Assembly: GCA_964016885.1 (NCBI GenBank)
Contig: OZ024759.1
Location: forward strand, 8,494,001 to 8,558,000
Direction of reading: 5' to 3'
DNA: 64,000 nt
DNA from: Eledone cirrhosa
Taxonomy: Eukaryota
Positions 29,715 through 43,477 of this stretch are shown piece by piece; the stretch's first letter is position 1, and every line of letters starts with the position of its first letter. Below the pieces are notes generated by a model. It saw only the letters and a list, made by a program, of their open reading frames with translations. It did no database searches and was not told the origin of the DNA. A program made the translations under genes and the position numbers.

Positions 29715-31489
29715 GGGAGAGAGAGAGAGAGGGGGGGGGGGGGGGGCAGTTGTGACAACACTGGTGTCAACTGTCTTTGCCTTTCCCTTTGACCACACCA
29801 CACCACATCTGTGGTGCGGAGAGGGATGACTGGTACGGAAGGGTGACCGCTGGTCTTCCACTAAAACTCCTGGCCAGGACTTGTACCTGAGAGGGGGGCT
29901 GACTTTCTAGGTGCAAATGCTATGGTCTATTGTGACCGAAGGGGGAGATAGTGGCGGGGATGAAGAAAATGAGATGTAATGATGAGATAATAAGGGGGAG
30001 AGGAGGAGTTGGTTGTAGGGGAGGAGGAGGGGGTTGGTTGTAGGGGGATGGGAGGGGGAGTTGGTTGTAGGGGGGGGTCTGTAGACATAACTGGCCGCCT
30101 GTGTCAATGTTGCGACGTTTCAATGACAAAACCACCACAGTGAGCTGGTGTGGTGGTGTGTTGGTGTGTGGTGTGTGGTGGTGTGTGGTGGTGGTGTGTG
30201 GTGGTGTGGTGGTGTATGTGGTGGTGTGTTGGTGTGTGGTGGTGTGTTGGTGTGTGGTGTGTGGTGGTGTGTCTGGTGCTGTGTTGGTGTGTGTGGTGGT
30301 GTGGTGGTGTGTGTGGTGGTGTGTGTTGGTGTGTGTGGTGGTGTGTGTTGGTGTGTGTGGTGGTGTGTGTGGGAGGGGGTGAGAGAGAGAGGGGGAACGA
30401 GTAAGAGAGGATATGTGTGAATGAGGGGGAGAGAGTAAAAGGGAGAGGGGGAGAGATAGAGAGTGAAAGGGGTAGGGGAGAGATAGAGACAGGAGAGGGG
30501 GAGAGAGGGTGAAAGGGAGAGGGGGAGTGAAAGGGATAGAGTGAAGGGGAGGGGGTGAAAGGAAGAGAGTGAAAAGGAGAGGGGGAGAGAGGGAGAGTGA
30601 AAGGGGGAGAGAGAGAGAAAGAGTGAAAGAGAGAGGGAGAGAGAGTTAAAGGGGGAGATAGAGAGAGTGTGAAAGGGAGAGATAGAGAGAGAGTGAAAGG
30701 GAGAGATAGAGAGAGAGTGAAAGGGAGAGGGAGAGAGAGTTAAAGGGGGAGATAGAGAGAGTGTGAAAGGGAGAGGGAGAGAGAGAGTGAAAGGGAGAGA
30801 TAGAGAGAGAGTGAAAGGGAGAGGGAGAGACAGTGAAAGGGAGAGATAGAGAGAGAGTGAAAGGGAGAGGGAGAGAGAGTTAAAGGGGGAGATAGAGAGA
30901 GTGTGAAAGGGAGAGATAGAGAGAGAGTGAAAGGGAGAGATAGAGAGAGAGTGAAAGGGAGAGGGAGAGACAGTGAAAGGGAGAGATAGAGAGAGAGTGA
31001 AAGGGAGAGGGAGAGAGAAAGTGAAAGGGAGAGATAGAGAGAGAGTGAAAGGGAGAGGGAGAGAAAGAGTGAAAGAGAGAGGGAGAGAGAGAGTTAAAAG
31101 GGGAGATAGAGAGAGTGAAAAGGAAAGGGAGAGAGAGTGAAAGGGTGATGGGGAGAGAGATCGATAGAAAAATATATTTATTTATCAGCCAGGTGAAACT
31201 GTCTTGTCAGATATTTGAGTGTGGTGGTGGTGGTGGTGGTGTTAGAGTGGTGGTGGTGGTGGTGGTGTTAGGGTGGTGGTGGGGTGGGGGTGGTGTTATG
31301 GGGGTGGCGGTGGTGGTGACGGTGGCGGTGGTGGTGACGGTGGTGGTGTAATGGTGGTGGTGTAGTGGTGGTGTTGGTGGTAGTGATGTCGGGTTTTGGT
31401 GTTTCGTACTTCAGCAGTAAAGGAGAACCTTTTCAACTAAGTACTCAATACAGGAGAGAATGTGTATTTATTGGGCATAATCATCGCGT

Positions 31490-31776
31490 CTTCTTCTTCT
31501 CCTTACTCTTCTTGGCCCACTTATTCCTGAGAAGGTCGTGGGGGTGGGGGGCAGAATCCTTAAACTCTCCGTCCAGTAGGTCCTGTCAGAAGTAAACATC
31601 TCCAACTCACCCGGCTGGATCCCCAAGTGTGACTAGCCAAACTGATGGATGTTATCCAACCATTTTGCTCGGGTTTATCCCTGGGTCTCTTGCCTGTAAA
31701 ATCTATCCAGGGATTCTTTCCTGAGACATTCTAACCACATGTCTGTAGTATCAGAGCTGTGGTCTCTCAATTCAGA
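31490..31776 (-). mobile_element. Degenerate RTE-type LINE 3' end
   Basis: The minus strand reads IERPQL.YYRHVVRMSQERIP...KWLDNI with frameshifts; GAA-like tail at about 31490. Confidence 0.6.
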
Positions 31777-32974
31777 GATTCTTTCCTGAGACATTCTCAC
31801 CACATGTCTGTAATATCAGAGCTGTGGTCTCTCAATTCAGAGATTCTTTCCTGAGACATTCTAACCACATGTCTGTAGTATCAGAGCTGTGGTCTCTCAA
31901 TTCAGAGATTCTTTCCTGAGACATTCTAACCACATGTCTGTAATATCAGAGCTGTGGTTTCTCAATTCAGAGATTCTTTCCTGAGACATTCTAACCACAT
32001 GTCTGTAGTATCAGAGCTGTGGTCTCTCAATTCAGAGATTCTTTCCTGAGACATTCTAACCACATGTCTGTAATATCAGAGCTGTGGTCTCTCAATTCAG
32101 AGATTCTTTCCTGAGACATTCTAACCACATGTCTGTAGTATCAGAGCTGTGGTCTCTCAATTCAGAGATTCTTTCCTGAGACATTCTAACCACATGTCTG
32201 TAGTATCAGAGCTGTGGTCTCTCAATTCAGAGATTCTTTCCTGAGACATTCTAACCACATGTCTGTAATATCAGAGCTGTGGTCTCTCAATTCAGAGATT
32301 CTTTCCTGAGACATTCTAACCACATGTCTGTAGTATCAGAGCTGTGGTATCTCAATCCAGAGATTCTTTCCTGAGACATTCTAACCACATGACTGTATTA
32401 TTAGAGATGTGATCTCTCAATTCAGAGATTCTTTCCTGAGACATTCTAACCACATGACTGTAGTATCAGAGCTGTGATCTCTCAATTCAGAGATTCTTTC
32501 CTGAGACATTCTAACCACATGACTGTATTATTAGAGATGTGATCTCTCAATTCAGAGATTCTTTCCTGAGACATTCTAACCACATGACTGTATTATTAGA
32601 GATGTGATCTCTCAATTCAGAGATTCTTTCCTGAGACATTCTAACCACATGACTGTATTATTAGAGATGTGATCTCTCAATTCAGAGATTCTTTCCTGAG
32701 ACATTCTAACCACATGACTGTATTATTAGAGATGTGATCTCTCAATTCAGAGATTCTTTCCTGAGACATTCTAACCACATGACTGTATTATTAGAGATGT
32801 GATCTCTCAATTCAGAGATTCTTTCCTGAGACATTCTAACCACATGACTGTATTATTAGAGATGTGATCTCTCAATTCAGAGATTCTTTCCTGAGACATT
32901 CTAACCACATGTCTGTAGTATCAGAGCTGTGATCTCTCAATTCAGAGATTCTTTCCTCAGACATTCTAACCACA
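31711..32974. repeat. 65-bp minisatellite, about 19 copies, derived from RTE coding sequence
   Basis: Unit GATTCTTTCCTGAGACATTCTAACCACATGTCTGTAGTATCAGAGCTGTGGTCTCTCAATTCAGA; a variant block from about 32390. Confidence 0.95.
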
Positions 32975-32975
32975 T

Positions 32976-33103
32976 AGAGTGGGTAATAGGAACAAGTATG
33001 ACCCCGACGACAGAGCTCAAGCCGTTTCGACGGCTATTTCTGGAGTTCAGAAATATCCGTCGAAACGGCTTGAGCTCTGCCGTCGGGGTCATACTTATTC
33101 CTA
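32976..33103. mobile_element. Family A fold-back element
   Basis: Palindrome centred at about 33045. Confidence 0.62.
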
Positions 33104-33592
33104 TATATATATATATATATATGGATTTGAACTGCCTATACCTCTGTATATTTATTATCTATATTATATATATTTAAATATTAATATTAATATATCATAT
33201 TATATTATATGTAATTGAATTATACGTATGTGTCCGGCATTGAAGTACTGATATGTAATATTATATGGATTTGAACTGCCTATACCTCTGTATATTTATT
33301 GTCTATATTATATATATTTATATATATTTTTTCACCATACTTTGATTTATTATATGGTATTATTATTTTTTCTTACCCTGTGAAATACTTTATACACAAT
33401 TTGTTGACCTTAAATGACACGTATGATGTATTTTTATCTATTTTTTAATGTCAATATATTATTCCATTGATTCTGGTATTGTTTATTCACACCGTCAGGG
33501 TGATTATTCTATTATAATGCTTATATTTATATTTATATCTGTGTTAGTATGTGTTTGTGTAAATGTGTATATATATGTGTCGGAGCGAGTGT

Positions 33593-33631
<39 letters not shown>

Positions 33632-33912
33632 TTTTTATTTCTTATTATCTATTGTATTGTATTGTATATTGTATTATAATTCTCACATTGTATTACTATG
33701 TTGTGCTTCATGTATTAGACTTATATTGTACTTTCAACGTGGGTTTGATGTCTTACTTGCTCTCTTGCCCTATAGTCTATATTTACAAATGCACCCTTTT
33801 AGCTTTAGCATGTCTTTCCATGATAACTTTCCTAAATTTTCATAAATATCAATTCCCTGTTCTTCTGAGTTTTGGCTCGTTCTGGCCGTTAATACTTCTT
33901 GTCTCTTTCCTT

Positions 33913-33953
33913 GCTCTGATGAGTCCTTATTAATGGGACGAAACATTGTTAGC
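33913..33953 (+). ncRNA. Minimal type I hammerhead ribozyme followed by AATAAA
   Basis: GCT-CTGATGA-GTCC ttattaatg GGAC-GAAA-C att G-TT-AGC, then AATAAA at 33955. This is the usual layout of a Penelope pseudo-LTR. Confidence 0.78.
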
Positions 33954-34095
33954 TAATAAAGACTTTTGATGTATTGAAGGCTTCTTTGTTTATTTTTTAT
34001 AATTTTTCGGCTCTGTTGGATTACATTGAGCTATATCCTATCTTGTCATTTCTCTAATACGACGAGTGAGTTTAACTCCAAGGCACTCAAGTATT

Positions 34096-34143
<48 letters not shown>

Positions 34144-34308
34144 AATGAGTTATATGCTTTTGATGATGAGTATCAACAGAGTTATGTTCATAACAGATAT
34201 GAAGCACTCTACAATTAAATTTTATCGGGAGTATTATAATATTAATAATAGTAATAAATGGAAAATATCACTATAGCATCATATTTATTTCATTATACAT
34301 ATTTCAAT

Positions 34309-34497
34309 GGGCGGTGGATTGGCAGTATCGGTAGAGGGTCGGACGTCATGCTTTCGAGCATAGTTACGTCGCTTTACGATCTGAGTTCAAATCCCGCCGA
34401 GGTTGACTTTGCCTTTCATCCTTACGGGGTCGATAAAATAAAGTACCAGTAATGCACTGGGTAATTGCTGGCCTTGTGCCTAAAGTAGAAACAATTA
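34309..34497 (+). mobile_element. tRNA-derived SINE (family 1) inserted into a minus-strand hammerhead element
   Basis: TSD ATTATA[C/G]ATATTTCAA at 34292-34307 and 34494-34509. Confidence 0.85.
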
Positions 34498-34919
34498 TAG
34501 ATATTTCAAAGATACTAAATTATGGCATGCTTTCATCAGATTAAATACAATATTTGATGTATAAGATAGTGACATACCCAAAGTATAAACATCCAACGTC
34601 ACCTTACATTCGGTATGTGAAATAAAATCTCAAAATTTCGTAGGATATCCAAGTTATATACTACGAAATTTGATATATATATCCTTAATTTTTTAAAATG
34701 ATGTTGTTGGCCGATTGAGAGGACATTAAAACCTACCAACTAGAATCAATAACCAATCTGCAATAATCTATCAGCAATCGGCAATTATCACCACCAACCC
34801 TGAGTTAACCGCCATTACATTCACTGTCGTCTGCCGTCCATCTTCTCTGTAGAGTATCGTATGTCTCGTCCCTACATCGCTTACTCTATGTCTATGTATG
34901 TATGTATGTATGTATGTGT

Positions 34920-34953
<34 letters not shown>

Positions 34954-34973
34954 TTATTTATATATGCATGTAT

Positions 34974-35015
<42 letters not shown>

Positions 35016-35018
35016 ATG

Positions 35019-35089
<71 letters not shown>

Positions 35090-35419
35090 TTATTTATATA
35101 TGCATGTATGTATGTATGTATGTATGTATGTATATATATATATATATTTATTTATGTATGTATGCATGTATGTATGTATGTATGTATATATATATATATA
35201 TATGCATATATATATATATATTTATGTATGTATATAGGTATATATGTACATACATATACATATGTATGTATGTATGTATATATATATATATATTTATGTA
35301 TGTATATATGTATATATACGTACATACATATACATATGTACATATGTATGTATTTATGTATGTATGTATATATATATATGTATGTATGTACATATGTATA
35401 TATATGTACATACATATAC

Positions 35420-35450
<31 letters not shown>

Positions 35451-36017
35451 TGTATGTATATATATGTATGTGTGTATGTATGTATGTATATATACGTATG
35501 TGTATGTATATGTATGTGTGCGTGTGTATGTGTGTCTGTGTATATGTGTGTGTGTGTGTATATTGTGTGCGTGTCTGTGTGTGTCTGTGTGTGTGTATGT
35601 GTGTGTCTGTGTGTGCCTGTCTGTATATGTGTCTGTGTATGTCTGTGTGCGTCTCTGTATGTGTGTGTCTGTGTATGTATGTCTGTGTGTGTATGTCTGT
35701 GTGTGTATGTGTGTGTGTATGTGTGTGTGTGTATGTGTGTGTGTGTGTGTGTGTATGTGTGTGTGTGTGTGTGTCTGTGTGTCTGTGTGTGTGTGGCTGT
35801 GTCTGTGTGTGTGTGTGTATGTGTGTGTCTGTGTGTGTGTGTATGTGTGTGTGTCTGTGTGTGTGTGTATGTCTGTGTGTGTGTTGTGTGTGTGTGTGTA
35901 TGTCTGTGTGTGTGTATGTCTATGTGTGTGTGTGTGTCTGTGTGTGTATGCGTATGTGTATGTGTGTGTCTGTGTGTGTATGCGTATGTGTATGTGTGTG
36001 TGTGTGTGTGTGTGTTT

Positions 36018-36087
<70 letters not shown>

Positions 36088-36879
36088 TTTATTTACCCAC
36101 AGGTCTCCCACTGTAAAGACTCACTTGAACACTGTTTATTTTCCAACAGCTGAAAAGATACGACCTTAGTTGGTGGTGGTAGTGGTGGTGGTGGTGGTGG
36201 TAGTGGTGGTGGCGGTGGTGGTGGTGGCGGCGGTGGTGGTGGTGTTGATGGTGGTGGTGGTGGTGGTGGTGGCGGTGGCGTGGTGGTGGTGGTGGTGGTG
36301 GTGGTGTGGTGGTGGTGGTGGTGGTGGTGGTGTGTGGTGGTGGTGGTGTGGTGGTGGTGGCGGCGGTGGTGGTGGTGGTGGTGGTGGTGGTGGTGGTGGT
36401 GCTGATGATGGTGTTGGCGGTGGTGGTGGTGTTTGTGGTGTTTGTGGTGGTGTTGGCGGTGGTGTTTGTGGTGGTGGTGGTGGTGGTGGTGTTGTTGTTG
36501 TTGTTATTGCTGCCATTGTTGTTGCTGTTGTTGTTGCACCCTCTTGGCTGCTATTTCTAGCAAATCTCACCAACATCTATTGTCTTCTGTCATATCAACA
36601 AAATGGCAGAGTCGTTAAACAGTTTACAACCACGCAGTTGTGCGTTAAACAGCCGAACTGAGCAATAGGCTTCTTCTTCTTCTTTCTTTCTTTCTTTCTT
36701 TGCCCACTTATTCCTGTGAGTATACTATATAGACAGTAATTCTGCAGTGTATAGCCATGTAAATCTGCCTAATTCCCGTATTTCCTTTATAGTAGTATCC
36801 TAAAATAGATGTTCTAGTTTACAAATCAATGGCGATCAGATTGGCAGTTGATTAACATATGTATTAAGTTGTGCGCCAA

Positions 36880-37366
36880 GATAACTGCGAAAGTCCGAAA
36901 AGTTTCTAGTTGATAAGAAAATTAGGATGTTGTAATTCAATCCGGAGCTTTGTAGTTATGTAAGAAGTGTTTCCAGACGTGTGGACAACGTGTGAAGAAT
37001 TTATTTCTCGTGTTTAGGCAATCACTATTGCGTAATCTCTTTAGAATATTTATTCGTTCATCAATACATAGTCCACACGAACTGTGGTCACTTCCAACCG
37101 ACCAAATCAACCACAGGAGCTCCGGATTGAATTACAACAACATCCTAATTTTCCTATCAACTAGAAACTTTTCGGACTTTCGCAGTTATCTCGCTTACAC
37201 CTCTCTCACGCATTTTAGTATTGCCTGTGTGAAGTGATCGTTTCTGCGCATGCGCGTTCGTACGGTTGTCCTTCCTGTTCCGTATAACCATCTCCATTAC
37301 GAGCTGAGGATCCGCTAAGGTGAAACAATTGTTCTCGGTATGGTGAACTAACTGTTGTGTAACCAC

Positions 37367-37370
<4 letters not shown>
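36880..37370. mobile_element. Penelope-like element remnant: inverted endonuclease C-terminus plus pseudo-LTR with hammerhead
   Basis: The minus strand at 36937-37117 translates to LIWSVGSDHSSCGLCIDERINILKRLRNSDCLNTRNKFFTRCPHVWKHFLHNYKAPD*, matching the WS...CxLCxxE[KR]...LNxR...CxH end of aquatic-invertebrate PLE GIY-YIG proteins as I recall it. 36880-36949 is inverted at 37118-37190; hammerhead at 37300; ends in (TA)n. Confidence 0.7.
37300..37337 (+). ncRNA. Minimal type I hammerhead ribozyme
   Basis: CGAG-CTGAGGA-T.CC gctaa GG.T-GAAA-C aatt G-TT-CTCG. Confidence 0.75.
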
Positions 37371-37448
<78 letters not shown>

Positions 37449-37459
37449 TTGTGACGCTA

Positions 37460-37976
<517 letters not shown>

Positions 37977-38531
37977 TGCACAGATGAATGTGTGATCAGG
38001 AGCTCGGAATGTCTGTATGTGTGAGCAGACGTGTGTGTGTGAGTGTGTATGTGTCGGGCTGCGGGTAAGCTAGGGACAGGCAAGGCAGATCAGAACCCCT
38101 GCCCCATGTAGCAGTAATTCTGGCGACAGAATTAAGGTGAGTGACAGCTCACACCTGAATGGAAATGGTCAGGGGGCAGATTTGAATGGTCAAACATACA
38201 GGTGACGTCTCAAACTCTTGACCAATCGACGGGCCACGCAAACAAGATGATGGCAGATGATAGAAATTCTAAGGGTCGGAGTCCAACAGACAGAGGATTT
38301 GCTTCGAAGTCACTAGACGTATCTGAGGAACTTGCGAGTCCAGAGTCAGGTTCGATCCACAAACAGATCGCAACTCGAGCTGTTTGCCGGAGAAACAATT
38401 GTAATACGCATAAATTGTGTTTCGATGCATCACATCACTGATTCTTCGTTTTCCATATTATACTCTGCTCCGAAGGAGCATAGAGTGCTCAACCGGCATA
38501 CCGCCTATGGACGCATCCATATATACATATT

Positions 38532-38608
<77 letters not shown>

Positions 38609-38922
38609 TAAGAATAATGAGTTCTAAACTCAAGCAGTCCTTTACAATGAAATAGTTCAAAGAAAGAAGTATTTCTGAGCCGTGTAATCCAAGTTAATAT
38701 AAATTAATATATATGATAAAACACAAATACCAACATATAAGTGTTTGTATTGTAAATGACTAAGTTAGCTAGATTGAAAGATACTAATTATAATAATACA
38801 GTTTGCCTGTCTCGATTTAAAATAATAAATCAATAAAAACAAACGATATTGGCAAATGGCCGTGGTACTTGGACAAATTTAAATTTCAAAATCAAACCTG
38901 TTCCGTAGATAAGTTTAAACTT

Positions 38923-38989
<67 letters not shown>

Positions 38990-39307
38990 ATGTTGAAAAG
39001 GTAACACACTAGAGAGAGATACAGTGCGCTATCAATAAAACAGGGAAAAACCACCAGTGTATGGAATCTATAACCTATGAAAGGCAGACTATAGACACGA
39101 TAATTAAAAATATAAATTAAAGCGTAAATAAATACCTCTATAACTATATAACACACGTACAAATCCAAAGAGATCTGATAGCGCACTGGATCTCTCTCTA
39201 GTGTGTTACCTTTTCAACATATTGTATTTTAAAGAGCTCAGGATTTCCTCTCCTTTGAGCACATTATTTACAGGGAATGGCGAGAGTCTATCGTTCCGTT
39301 AATTTAT

Positions 39308-39389
<82 letters not shown>

Positions 39390-39760
39390 CCCTTCTCACT
39401 TCCTCCCGTTTGGCTTGTGTGGGTCTCTTCTTGCTCACATCTCACACACATCAACACGGTCTGTACCTCTCTCGCTCATGAAATCCACCCAGCTCATGCT
39501 GACCGGACAACCATGTTGCTTGTTTATTTTCCTATCTTCGGTTTGCTTTTATCCTTCTATGTTGTTTACTTGTCCCCCTCGCCTTACGCGAATTCTGGTC
39601 CCAATAACTTATTTTAGTTATTGCTCGCACCAACCTGAGGTATCTGATTTTTAATGCGATGAAATACCAATGATGGTTGGAAAATCACTGACGAAGGACT
39701 ATTTTTATCATATGTAACCCATGTGCAAACCACGCAGTATTCTTCTTTCTTCTCATGTTT

Positions 39761-39828
<68 letters not shown>

Positions 39829-40251
39829 ACAGTGTCAGTAAGGGGGAGGGGATACCACATCAATTTGTGATTTCATGATGATTAAGACCAAATCCATCAG
39901 TTCACTGGTCTTTTATTTGTCTTGTCTCAATCCCTGCGGAATTATACGCATGCGTGGTGGACTTTTATTTATTTATTTTTTCTTTGAGAAAATCAAAACG
40001 TTCTATAAATAACATCCGCCATTATGCAAATAACGAAATATGCTTGAAATAAAAAAAATAATAATAATAAAAAAAAAAAGAAATTAAAAAACGTTAAAAA
40101 GTAGCATCAAAGTGTGTCGTCTGATTGGATATTAGCGTATCACGTGACTTGGAATAGTGCAGCAGACAGTTGGTCAAGGAATTTGAGCATATTTCAATAT
40201 TGACCATTGTCCAAATTTGGAATATTTTGATATGAAAAAAAAAATGAATAA

Positions 40252-40284
<33 letters not shown>

Positions 40285-40293
<9 letters not shown>

Positions 40294-40936
40294 AGTGTAA
40301 TTTACTACACAAAACGAAGGTTATAGAGAAAATTGAGGTTGGTAATGGCACATGGAATATATAAGAGACAGAATACTTTTTTGTGAAAAAACATATAATT
40401 TTATAAGGTAAGGAAATAATAAAGGGTATAAAAAATGACCGGTTTCGATGGGTCTGCAAAAGCCATCTTTTCAAATGTTGATTAATATTAAGAAAAATTA
40501 ATAATAAGAAGAGTTAAAATTTGAGATTTGAAAATTCAAGTATAAAATTCATTGTGGGATTTCATAGGGATTTTATAAAATAATCCACACCCCCAAATAA
40601 CTTCTCATTCACTACCAGAAAGGCACACAGCAGTCAACTAGCTGCTACCAAGATGAAAACTACTATGAAATCCCACAAGGAATTTTATACTTGAATTTTC
40701 AAATCTCAAATTTTAACTCTTCTTATTATTAATTTTTCTTAATATTAATCAACATTTGAAAAGATGGCTTTTGCAGACCCATCGAAACCGGTCATTTTTT
40801 ATACCCTTTATTATTTCCTTACCTTATAAAATTATATGTTTTTTCACAAAAAAGTATTCTGTCTCTTATATATTCCATGTGCCATTACCAACCTCAATTT
40901 TCTCTATAACCTTCGTTTTGTGTAGTAAATTACACT

Positions 40937-40945
<9 letters not shown>
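40285..40945. mobile_element. Large fold-back (arms of about 280 bp) with a decayed hammerhead on each arm
   Basis: Identical ORF peptides on opposite strands (40094-40474 minus, 40756-40980 plus). TTGAAAA-GATGG...CCATC-GAAA-CCGG-TC at 40756-40793. Confidence 0.65.
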
Positions 40946-40975
<30 letters not shown>

Positions 40976-41017
40976 AATGAAAAACGGAGTTAAAAACTCG
41001 CATTAATACCCTGAAAT

Positions 41018-41210
41018 TAATTGTTTCTACTCTTGGCACAAGGCCAGCAATTATCCCAGTTCATTACTGGTACTTTATTTTATCGACCCCGTAAGGATGA
41101 AAGGCAAAGTTAACCTCGTGGGGATTTGATCTCAGATCATAAAGGGCCGTAACTCTATGCTGCAAAGCATGGCGTCCGACTCTCTAACGATACTGCCAAT
41201 CTACCGTCTT
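41018..41210 (-). mobile_element. tRNA-derived SINE (family 1)
   Basis: TSD ATACCCTG[A/T]AATTAAT at 41006-41021 and 41212-41227. Confidence 0.85.
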
Positions 41211-41361
41211 TATACCCTGTAATTAATGAGCTCAAAGTATAAAAACTGGGCTCTTTATAACATAATATACAGAAATAAACACAGAAAGAAGTGTGTTTTG
41301 AACGTATGTAATTCAAAACACACTTCTTTCTGTGTTTAGTTCTATATATTATGTTATATTA

Positions 41362-41429
<68 letters not shown>

Positions 41430-41520
41430 GAGGTGAGTTTTATTGTAGTACAATAAAGCAATATGTTGATTTAAAACTGCACTATCCACAAGTGTTTTTT
41501 AGCCTTCATATCATGTCCTG

Positions 41521-41587
41521 TTTTATCTGATGAAAACACAAATATTATTGCATGATGATGTTTGTTTTTGAAATGCGCATAATAAAA
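41521..41587 (+). ncRNA. Type I hammerhead ribozyme (C-related)
   Basis: TTTTAT-CTGATGA-AAACACAAATATT...GATGTTTGTTTTT-GAAA-T gcgc A-TA-ATAAAA. Confidence 0.7.
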
Positions 41588-41619
41588 TACATGGAACTCC
41601 TTTAACCATCTTTTGATCT

Positions 41620-42014
<395 letters not shown>

Positions 42015-42040
42015 GTATATATATATATATATATAAAATA

Positions 42041-42466
42041 GCTCTGAGTTTTTCATCCTCAGTGTATACTGATTAATGTTCAGAGCCATCCTCAGCATTC
42101 TCGTGTAGAACCCATCCACCATCTGAGTGAGTTTCTTGGTCAGTGTCCAAGTCTCAAACCCATACAGCAGCACAGACTCCACTACAGCAATGAAGAGGCG
42201 GATTTTCAGGTCTTTACGAAGGTCCGACTTCCACACCGATCTCAAGCTGTGGCACGCCGCCCAGGCTTTGCTCTTCCTCTCAACCACATCATCTTCCGTA
42301 TTCCTACATGGACACACTGGAAGAGGAAGACCAAGGTTAACGTATGTTGATGCCCTAAGGACAGACACTGGTCTGTTGGAGACGCAGGCCATGGCACCGG
42401 TAATGAGGGACAGAGACCGCTGGAGAGAACTCGTCCATGGATCTCGGGTATTTTACCCGCCCTAGA
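42041..42466. mobile_element. RTE-type LINE with 5' inversion
   Basis: 42041-42303 minus (NTEDD...NSEL) is joined to 42304-42465 plus (LHGHT...YPP*). Confidence 0.85.
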
Positions 42467-43268
42467 ATATATATATATATATATATATATACAAATATAA
42501 TTTCAGCGAGATCGTATTTCGGCTGTGGTCAAAATCAAAGCGAAACGCAATTTTCGAGATATTCGGCAAGCACTCAATAGACTAAAAGAAGACCAGGGCA
42601 ATTAACACACGTTATGATGGTATAGTCCAGTGGGAGGTTTCTGTGACACCTAAATCAATTATACTGCCTGCTTTCATTGTAAGCTTTTTGTATTACGATC
42701 GAACAAGGCTGCCATTTCGTCAACAGGTATTTTGGTTCTCAGCCAGCGAGCGGGTTCCAATACTTAGTAGTGTTGGCGTGATTACCCCACGTAAGCAATC
42801 TTCCATATATATTTTGTGTGAATCAATGTGCAAACAAAAATATATATTGAAGATTGCTTACCATATATGAAATATGTATAATAAAATATATATTTTGATT
42901 ATGAGAATATTTTTCATTTATTAACATTTTGAATAATATTAAGAACTCCAGGAAAATATCCCGTTGAGTGCTTCTAATCTATTGTAATATTGTATTCGTT
43001 GAGTAATCAACGAACCATATTAATCTTTGGTTATATATATATATATATATATAGTGTAGCTGAGTGGTTAGAGAAATTGGATTCACAATCTTGAGGTTGT
43101 GAGTTCGATTCCTGGACCGGGGATGCGTTATGTCCTTGGGCAAGACACTTTATTTCACGTTGCTCCTTCTACCTGGAGTTGCGACCGATAGATAGTATTA
43201 GCAACTGGAAAGACCAACGGAAACATTGTTCCCTCGGTCCGATTTGACGAAAGTCAATCGATCCTTTT

Positions 43269-43345
<77 letters not shown>

Positions 43346-43477
43346 ACCCCCTTCGGTCACAAACGACCATGGGCTTTGAACCTAGTAAGTTCCCCACTGA
43401 GGCACAAGTCCAAGCAAGGATGTTCGTGGAAGACCAGCAATCACCCATGAATACCAGTTTCCCCTCTCCATACCACT

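Noticed and set aside
38202-38441. 79-aa ORF in a GC-richer island
   Set aside because: No recognisable motif or clear donor; possibly a TE fragment, cannot be supported.
39688-39760. CTGACGA-AGGAC (and a minus-strand CTGATGA-AGGAC near 28230-28245) as hammerheads
   Set aside because: No matching GAAA/stem III/stem I before the element is cut by (TA)n; at best a 5' half.
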